A stretch of 34,317 nt of DNA from an uncultured bacterium. GTDB lineage: Bacteria > Planctomycetota > UBA1135 > UBA2386. Within the stretch, counting starts at the first letter, position 1. The number at the start of each line of letters is the position of its first letter. The notes below the pieces were generated by a model. It saw nothing but the letters and a program-made list of their open reading frames with translations. It was not told the origin of the DNA and ran no database searches. This document shows positions 27,680-34,317 of this stretch, piece by piece. The stretch spans positions 1 to 34,317 of the forward strand of contig CBESZZ010000002.1 of the NCBI GenBank assembly GCA_965534055.1, in the 5' to 3' direction. The position numbers and the translations under genes were made by a program.

Positions 27680-30600
27680 CGACACGGAATGACTTCGACC
27701 ATCTGGATTCCGACTTCGCGATTGCTCGGACCCTTCACGCGGATCTTCAAGAACCCCACCGACCGCTCAAGCTGATCTGGAAGTTCGATCAGGAGCACGC
27801 GCGGCTTGGAGGGGAGACCCATGTTCTGGCACAGCTGATACCGCTTGTCCTGCTTCGGCAGGCGTAGTTCCACGTCCATCAGCAGATCCTCTGAAGCGGG
27901 CTTGGGAGCCTGGCTGTCGGTGAGCTTTGTGCGATCCAGCAGGCCGCCGAGGATGCGCAGGCACAGTGCACCGCGCGGCAGCACGCATGACGTCGTGATG
28001 GTTCCGTCGCCTGCGGCGTCCAGAGGGATGTGCAGTGCCAGCGTGCGTACGACCCCATCTACAAACCGCGCGGCGGGTCGCGGAAGATCGTCTTGCCGCG
28101 CGCGATGAAACACATTGGCCTTTGGCACCAAGTGTTGAGCAGACAACCGAACGGTTGTCGGCGGGGTTCCTGCTGGCACGTCGGCATTCGCGTGCCGGAT
28201 GTGCCATGCGATCGGCGCGCCTGACGGCAGGTCGAGCTCGAACGGCGACTGCGTGATGCTCTCGTCGAGGCGCCAACGCATCAGAGTCTGTGAACCGGCC
28301 ATCAGTGAGAGGTCCACGGGTCGGTGACCCTCAACCGATTCGATGGCGCCGAAGAGTCGTTGGCTGGCGTCGCCTGCTGGCGCTTCGAACTGCGCGTGCA
28401 GGGTTGGTTGCCGTGCGCCATCCGCGGTGGGGTGGTTGTTGGAGAGAGGGGGACGAAGAATCGTGGCACCGGCATCTTCTTGGGCGCCTCCGATCAGAGG
28501 CTCGAAGGTGCCGAACACCCGAGGAGCCTCTTGGATTTCACCGTTTGCTGTGCGTGTCGTCGTCCAGATGGCCGTGGATGGATCGAGCGTTTGCACCGCG
28601 TAGTGAAGGTCTACGCGCCGCCCATCGTTTTCAGCGTTCGTCCGTAGATTGCTCAGCTCCCACGGCACTTCACCTTGCAGCGTGGACAGCCGCGGACTCG
28701 ATGATCCATCCAGGCGAGTGGCTGCGAGGAAGAGGTCGTCGGCCGTGCCAACCTCCAGTGGAGTTGGGCGGCCTTCTGGCTTGGATGACACGCGCATGTA
28801 GTTCAGCGGAAAGGCGCGCCCGGGAACGTCACCGGTGCTGCGCATGACGAGCATTCCGGGGTTCTTGGACACGTCGTGGATGATGTGCACCCCGCCTTTG
28901 CGGATGCCCGGATCCGCTGGTCCGGATCGACGATTCTCGATCAATAGCCTGCCTCGATCGGGCAACGCGATGCAGGGCAGTTCCACGTAGGCGCGGTCTT
29001 CCGTGAGCACGGGCAGTTCAAGTGCTTCGTGGTCGATCGAATCCAAGACGAGCGCGTCCGCCCAACCGAGCTTCGACGCATGGAACGACGCGGGTGCGCT
29101 TGGGAAGTGCCCCTGACCACGTCCACCGCCGGTAAGCGCGAGTCCACCAAATCGGCCGTTGCGGGGCCAATCCAGCTGTTCCAGCTGGCTCTGAATATCC
29201 AGCAACGCCGCGAGTGAACGACCCGTCGACACGAAGCTCCCGTCCGGTTCGCGGACGGGGAGAGCCAGCATGCGAGGTTTGCCAGTCGTCGTCGTGGTTT
29301 GATCGACCGGAAGTCGCAGGCCTGGTGCGTGCACCAAGATCCAAGCATCAAACGGCGCAGCGGCCTTTGTGGTCGCAAGGTTTTCTTGGAGGTGTCTGGC
29401 AACGGCGTTTCGCAGCGTTGCATCTGCGTCTGGCTCGCTGGCCAAGTCGTCCGCAAGCATGGAAAGCAGCAGTGGCTCCGCGACTTCGCCGCGCACGCTG
29501 CTCAGGCCGCCTGACATGGCATTCAGCAGTTCGGCGACCGAACCTGCCGTCGATTTGCTGTTGGGTGGCGGGGTGCGGCGGTAGTCGGAAGGCGAGAAGA
29601 ACGCCTGGCGCAAGTCTTCCGTCGTTCCTGTGAACGGTGCGTCCGAAAACGAGAGCGGCACGATGGCGATGCGCAACTCGAGTCGAAGGTCAGAGCGCGC
29701 CGCGTTGGTGACAACTGTCGAGTCGGGCAGTCGCCGAATCGTCGTGCCTCGAGTGCGGAAGCGCACGCGATCCAGGAAGCACGCGCCAACCATGGCGTCG
29801 AACGACACATCGACGTAACCGTCCGGCCAGAGGCGTCTGTCGGCCAACGTGTAGTTCGCGGTCCACGTGGCGCGCAGCGCGAGTTCCGCGTTTGGGTTCG
29901 CCTGGGGTTCCAGCGAATCGAGAGCGCCTGATTCGTCCCCTACCGAGTTGAGTGACGAATCGGATTCATCGACGAGTTCGCCGTCCGCGGGCAGCAACGG
30001 CTGATCGTCGACGCGCAGGACGAACGACCCTGCACCGTGCACCTCCAGGTCCAGCGCGGTCGCCGTCGTCGGCACGGAGATCCGATAGGTGATCGATGTT
30101 TCTGGCGGCACGACGCGGCATGTGCGGGTGGTTTCGGGATAGCGGCCGATCTTCGAAACTCCGGCGTCAATCAATCGGTGTTCGTCATCGCGTCCCGGTT
30201 CGATCGACGCACGGGAACCGATCGTGAAGCGGTGCCAGCCTTCGGTGGGCGCGCTGAGAACGACTTTGTCGTCGATCTTCGCGACCAGTCGCATTCGCAG
30301 CGACTCTCCGGGATTGCGATCTGCTAGATCCAACCGATCCGCACCGGGATCGCTGGTGTCGACCATCAGCTGATGCAAGCTCGGATCGCTTTCCAGCGAG
30401 GCAACGGGGCGCAGCGGCAGAACCCACTGTTCGCCACTCTCGGCTTCGACTTCGAACGCGTAGCGAAACGGTGCGCCAAGCGTGGTCTCCGCCGCCGCCC
30501 ACGGCGAGAAGGGTGTGCTGTTCGCGTACTCCGTGCTTGGTTGGAAGCGAAGCTGAGGCAAGCGAGTCACTGGGAGTTGCAGGCCGAGGCTCAACTCATC

Positions 30601-33165
30601 TCGGCTGTGTTCGCCACAGTCCGTCGCACCGCAGAACACTCGGAAGCGAATGTCCGGCGGTCCGGGCAGGTGATGGAACGTGACGCGGGCCTGTCCGTGG
30701 TCGGCGATCGAATGCAGCTGCAGACGCACCATGCGCGTCTCCGTGTCGATCTGTAGATCCTTGGCCCAGATGGTGTCGACACCCAGCGCCACGGGTGGCG
30801 TTGTGCCATCCACGATCACTTGGCCGAGTCGCCTGCGCACGGCCTCCGCGATCGTGACCGATGTGCCAATGCCCCAATACAAGTCGCGTGCGGTGATCGG
30901 CTTCGGCGGTGTCGCCTGGATGCCCAACGCGTTCGCCAAACTCGCACGAAGCGCGGCGAGTCCTCGCACCAAAGTGGCTCGGTCTGCGGATTGGGACCAA
31001 GCCGTGAGCCAAACGTCTGCTGCGAGCGCTTGCCGAGGGTCGTCGCGGACCGTTGCAAGTCCGTGTGCTCTGAAGCCGCCCACGGTTTGGTGGGGATCGC
31101 CGGCGCGGGGATCCACAATTTGCAGCGCGGCGAGGTCTGCGAGGCAGCGGTCGAACAGGCGGTTGAGTTGAAGCTCTGCAAGCGGGTTGTCGCTAGCTCC
31201 GTCGATCGTGCGCAGGATTATGATGGCCTGCGCGGCGAATGCGGGCCCAAAGAAGCTCGTTGGGCTTTGCAGGCCTGCAGGCCGTGGTTCCGCGTTGGGC
31301 TGTGCTGCGAGCACTTCGGGATCTCGCCACGGATCCAGCGAGTCGGTGTCACTCGGTGGCGCATCACCGGTCGTGAGAAGCGCGTCGCCGATCGCTAGCA
31401 GTGCGGTGCGTGCCGCGGCGATGCTCTCCCGCGATCCGGAGATCCGCGACCAGATGGCGAGGTATCGAGCCACCGCGGCGGACTCCGCGGGGCTGCCGAT
31501 GAATGGGCCGTTGCGCGGCGCGCTGTAGCGGCTGTCGAAGTAGGCCGGAAACGCGCCGTTAGGCATCTGGTTGGCCAACGCGAAATTGTTGAGGCGGCGG
31601 GCGGTGCGAAACACCTGCAAGCGCACATTCGGCAGGTTTTGGCTCAGCTGCAGCATCCAGTAGCCGGTCGTCGCTGCATCGGCGAGTCGAATGTGATCTT
31701 CGATCCCCGTCTCTTCATGACCGAAGCTGCTGAGCAACGTCTCGATCGAACCCTGGTCGTCCGCCGCGAAACTCCAAGCTGCGGGAAACGCTGCGGTCAC
31801 CTGCGGCGCTTCGAGCAGCGCCGTCAGGAAGTCTGCGGCGATGGTTCGGTGAGATTCTTCTTCGCTCGCCGCAAGGCCGGTGCCGAGGCGGAGAAGCTGG
31901 AGCCTGGTGGTGAACCAGGCATCCTGCGGGCCGGCGCGCTCCAGGCTGGGCAAGGCCAGCCGTTTCTCGCCCAAAGACACCCGCTGCAGTGCGCCCTTTA
32001 GGCGCGGCCCGAAGACGTTCTCAACCACATCCCGCAGCGTGAAGCGGCCTGGCTGTTCGAGTTGTCTCTTGAGGGCTGGGAGCGCGAGGTCTGACTCGAA
32101 GTTCTTGGCCGCAACCGCGGAAGCCGGTCCTGGCAGAATGGTCACCGTGTGGTGGGCGATCAACGTCTCCCCCTGCACCAGGCGAGGGGGAGCGGGCACG
32201 AAGCGCAGGCTTTCAGGTGCTTCCGGTGCCGCGTCCGTTCGGTTGCGGGTCGCGGTGTGAGTGAGGAAGCCGAACCCGAGCTGTGACGATGAGGGCGTTG
32301 CGAGGATTGCGTGCGGTAGCGACCGGCTCTCCGCTGGGTCGAGTTTGAACTCTTCAGATGGCTCGGCCGTCGTGGTTGATTCGCCGCGCGCTGTGATTGG
32401 GTTCCAGCCTTCGTCCAACCTGGCAGTGGTTTGCGGCGCGATCCGCATTCCACTCTCCGCTCCGTGCATGGTTGCTCCGCGGCCGAGAAAGGCTGCTTCC
32501 CCGGTGATGAACCGATTCGACGTCTCAGGCATGGGAGCTGCGTGCGGCATCGACCAGGAAACCACGGGCACCGCTCCCTCCGTGACCGGATCGATGAGCG
32601 TGTACTCCAACGTGAGCTCGTAGAGCTGCGACGCCAACCCTGCACGGTCGAGCAATTCGACGTCAAAGACGGGCAGCGTTTCGGAGGTGCGGGTGAACAC
32701 TCGCACCTCCACTTCGTGGCCGGACGCGCGGCATGGCAGCAGCAGCGCGCCGGGGCCGATCCGCGTGGGTCGCCCGAAGTGCAGTACGGTTGTCTCCAAG
32801 GTGTCGCCAGGCCCGGAGGTCGTCAGCCGCACGCCGCGGCACGTGATCCTTGGGTCGACACGGTCCGAGGGCGCCTCGGCCGTGACGACACCGAAGAATA
32901 GCTGGTGAGACTTGTCATCCAATCGGCGCGTCCAGATGCGTCCTTCCGGTGCTGCATCGTTCGGGCCTTGGACTGGGAATGTTTTGCTGGCCGCCTCGAA
33001 CGGTCGCTCCGCTGCGGAGACCGTGGGCAGTCCTGGGCCGGGGCCGGTCGATGGTGTCGGCGGCCCGGGGCGCGTTCCGCAGCCAGACACGAGGGCACAA
33101 CCAGCCGAGATGCCGACCACGGCGGTCGCGAAGCGACGAATCGAGCAACCAAGGCCAGAACTCAC
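27676..33165 (-). CDS. giant (1,829-aa) multidomain lipoprotein of unknown function
   Basis: Uninterrupted 5.5-kb ORF with a GTG start. The N-terminus MSSGLGCSIRRFATAVVGISAGCALVSGCG has an RR pair, a hydrophobic core and the lipobox VSGC. A helical region has Q..NGAFP-type toroid-like repeats (residues about 415-780). An M6/InhA-like stretch spans residues about 1163-1440. The remainder is beta-rich. Confidence 0.85.
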   Translation of the reverse strand: MSSGLGCSIRRFATAVVGISAGCALVSGCGTRPGPPTPSTGPGPGLPTVSAAERPFEAASKTFPVQGPNDAAPEGRIWTRRLDDKSHQLFFGVVTAEAPSDRVDPRITCRGVRLTTSGPGDTLETTVLHFGRPTRIGPGALLLPCRASGHEVEVRVFTRTSETLPVFDVELLDRAGLASQLYELTLEYTLIDPVTEGAVPVVSWSMPHAAPMPETSNRFITGEAAFLGRGATMHGAESGMRIAPQTTARLDEGWNPITARGESTTTAEPSEEFKLDPAESRSLPHAILATPSSSQLGFGFLTHTATRNRTDAAPEAPESLRFVPAPPRLVQGETLIAHHTVTILPGPASAVAAKNFESDLALPALKRQLEQPGRFTLRDVVENVFGPRLKGALQRVSLGEKRLALPSLERAGPQDAWFTTRLQLLRLGTGLAASEEESHRTIAADFLTALLEAPQVTAAFPAAWSFAADDQGSIETLLSSFGHEETGIEDHIRLADAATTGYWMLQLSQNLPNVRLQVFRTARRLNNFALANQMPNGAFPAYFDSRYSAPRNGPFIGSPAESAAVARYLAIWSRISGSRESIAAARTALLAIGDALLTTGDAPPSDTDSLDPWRDPEVLAAQPNAEPRPAGLQSPTSFFGPAFAAQAIIILRTIDGASDNPLAELQLNRLFDRCLADLAALQIVDPRAGDPHQTVGGFRAHGLATVRDDPRQALAADVWLTAWSQSADRATLVRGLAALRASLANALGIQATPPKPITARDLYWGIGTSVTIAEAVRRRLGQVIVDGTTPPVALGVDTIWAKDLQIDTETRMVRLQLHSIADHGQARVTFHHLPGPPDIRFRVFCGATDCGEHSRDELSLGLQLPVTRLPQLRFQPSTEYANSTPFSPWAAAETTLGAPFRYAFEVEAESGEQWVLPLRPVASLESDPSLHQLMVDTSDPGADRLDLADRNPGESLRMRLVAKIDDKVVLSAPTEGWHRFTIGSRASIEPGRDDEHRLIDAGVSKIGRYPETTRTCRVVPPETSITYRISVPTTATALDLEVHGAGSFVLRVDDQPLLPADGELVDESDSSLNSVGDESGALDSLEPQANPNAELALRATWTANYTLADRRLWPDGYVDVSFDAMVGACFLDRVRFRTRGTTIRRLPDSTVVTNAARSDLRLELRIAIVPLSFSDAPFTGTTEDLRQAFFSPSDYRRTPPPNSKSTAGSVAELLNAMSGGLSSVRGEVAEPLLLSMLADDLASEPDADATLRNAVARHLQENLATTKAAAPFDAWILVHAPGLRLPVDQTTTTTGKPRMLALPVREPDGSFVSTGRSLAALLDIQSQLEQLDWPRNGRFGGLALTGGGRGQGHFPSAPASFHASKLGWADALVLDSIDHEALELPVLTEDRAYVELPCIALPDRGRLLIENRRSGPADPGIRKGGVHIIHDVSKNPGMLVMRSTGDVPGRAFPLNYMRVSSKPEGRPTPLEVGTADDLFLAATRLDGSSSPRLSTLQGEVPWELSNLRTNAENDGRRVDLHYAVQTLDPSTAIWTTTRTANGEIQEAPRVFGTFEPLIGGAQEDAGATILRPPLSNNHPTADGARQPTLHAQFEAPAGDASQRLFGAIESVEGHRPVDLSLMAGSQTLMRWRLDESITQSPFELDLPSGAPIAWHIRHANADVPAGTPPTTVRLSAQHLVPKANVFHRARQDDLPRPAARFVDGVVRTLALHIPLDAAGDGTITTSCVLPRGALCLRILGGLLDRTKLTDSQAPKPASEDLLMDVELRLPKQDKRYQLCQNMGLPSKPRVLLIELPDQLERSVGFLKIRVKGPSNREVGIQMVEVIPCR

Positions 33166-33344
33166 GCCCGCGAGGTTACTGCGGCAGCCCGGCTTGGCGA
33201 ATGGGGTGCTTGATGCGAAGTGGATGGATGGCGCGAAGAAGCCCCAGCCACGGCCGTTCCGGGCTCTGACCCGCCGAATGGATCGGTCACATCCTGCATG
33301 CAGAAGTTGCCTGATCGCGGCCCGTGTCCTTCTGGCCGCCCACG

Positions 33345-33377
33345 AAAAAAGGCGAGCCCTGACAGGCTCGCCCTTTT
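33345..33377 (-). terminator. rho-independent terminator downstream of porin gene
   Basis: On the minus strand the sequence reads AAAAG-GGCGAGCC-TGTCAG-GGCTCGCC-TTTTTT, about 55 nt after the porin stop. It is a perfect 8-bp GC-rich stem with flanking A and U tracts. Confidence 0.7.
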
Positions 33378-33431
33378 CGTGGTCATCGGACCGTCGCGGC
33401 GCCTAGGCGTCGCGATGGCTTCGATGGCTGA

Positions 33432-34317
33432 TCAGAAGACCAGGGTGAACATCACCTCGAAGAGGTGGTTCTTGAAGTCCGTGTTGCCCGCATCCGGGTC
33501 AAGGTTCTGGTAGGTGTAGTTGATCTGGGTCTTGAGCTTGTGCTCATGGTAGTAGGCGTTGACGCCACCCGTCAGCTCAAGGATGTCACCGGCGAGGCCG
33601 CCACCGACACCACCAACCAGGAAGGAGTTTGTGTTGTCCGTGCTGACCTGCGAGATCCGGCCCGCGAAGCCCCACTGCATCGTGTCGCCTTCGTCGGCGG
33701 GCAGCGTGTAGGAGCCAGCGATGTTCCAACCCGTCGTGTCTTCTTCCATGCCACCGTCTGGATCGTCGGTGCGCAGGAAGATTTCACCCAGACCGTGGAA
33801 GCCTTGGACTTTCACAGCGGCGTTGATGTTGATGTTCGTCGCTTCGACGTCACCCGCACCGTTGCCGGTCGTGTTGGTGTAGTTGTCGATGTAGACGCCA
33901 GCGCCCACCGAAAGGAGGAGGTCTTCGGTCTGCCCCAGGTCGCCCTGGGTGTAGCTCTCGAGGCTCTTACCGTTCGCGATGTCGCCGAATGGGTCAAACC
34001 GGATCGTGCCGGTGAATGCCACTTCGTCGTCGTCGTTGTTGTTCTCTTCGCCAGCGTTGGTGAAGCGCGACGCTGTGTCGCTGTTGAACACGCCAGCCGT
34101 CCAGAACAGCTTGTTGCCGCCTGCTTCGCTGTTCGGAAGGTGCGAACCCATCACCATCGCGCCGCGGGCGCGCGAGCCGGAGAAGGTCCGTGCAGCGATC
34201 GAGCGCTCAACGAACTCGAGGCCTTCGCTCGTGCCGGTCGCTTCACGACCGAAGTGAGTCTTGGTCTGACCGAAGCGCAGGCCAATGGTCGAATCCTCTT
34301 CACTGACGAAGTTCCAG
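33432..34317 (-). CDS. OprO/OprP-type (phosphate-selective porin O/P family) outer-membrane porin, 5' end outside window
   Basis: The track ORF begins at 34157, but the same frame stays open to the window edge (WNFVSEEDSTIGLRFGQTKTHFGREATGTSEGLEFVERSIAARTFSGSRARG...). This matches the family hallmark (FGQ.K.PFG.E ... L.F.ERS). The body shows an alternating beta-strand pattern, the C-terminus is FEVMFTLVF, and codon choice is strongly biased. Confidence 0.8.
   Translation of the reverse strand, partial: WNFVSEEDSTIGLRFGQTKTHFGREATGTSEGLEFVERSIAARTFSGSRARGAMVMGSHLPNSEAGGNKLFWTAGVFNSDTASRFTNAGEENNNDDDEVAFTGTIRFDPFGDIANGKSLESYTQGDLGQTEDLLLSVGAGVYIDNYTNTTGNGAGDVEATNININAAVKVQGFHGLGEIFLRTDDPDGGMEEDTTGWNIAGSYTLPADEGDTMQWGFAGRISQVSTDNTNSFLVGGVGGGLAGDILELTGGVNAYYHEHKLKTQINYTYQNLDPDAGNTDFKNHLFEVMFTLVF

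Noticed and set aside
27676-33165. Giant protein as an active zinc metalloprotease.
   Set aside because: No HExxH occurs anywhere in the 1,829 residues. The position equivalent to the M6 zinc site reads HIIHD.

Overview
High-GC bacterial chromosomal window from a diderm organism (LptB, an OprO/P-type porin ending in Phe, a lipobox signal). I can support about 25 protein genes. I see no RNA genes, CRISPR arrays, transposases, integrases or phage genes. The backbone is housekeeping. A long minus-strand run has 4-8 nt start/stop overlaps: SAM methyltransferase, GH38-remnant-like protein, degenerate kinase/receiver-like membrane protein, rph, rdgB, lepA, lepB and lptB, followed after a 187-nt gap by a TPR protein. 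Plus-strand genes follow: metH, a GT-B glycosyltransferase coupled to an AsnB-type amidotransferase, a rhomboid protease and a secreted propeller-like repeat protein. The right end is minus-strand again: an OmpR-type regulator, a histidine kinase, a 1,829-aa lipoprotein and a 5'-truncated porin gene. Three parts look most unusual. (1) The giant lipoprotein is translationally coupled (ATGA, then GTGA) to the two-component pair and contains an M6/InhA-like region whose zinc motif is collapsed. (2) A plus-strand cassette at the left edge has two small membrane proteins (one with HEAAH), then an MshEN-domain PilT-like protein that has lost its Walker A, then an ATGA-coupled PilT-like ATPase that has lost its His box; no pilus genes are nearby. 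(3) Six tandem 13-nt repeats form the leader of the rhomboid gene. All family calls come from motif recognition by eye; no searches were run. Many long antisense ORFs in the track are high-GC shadow ORFs.
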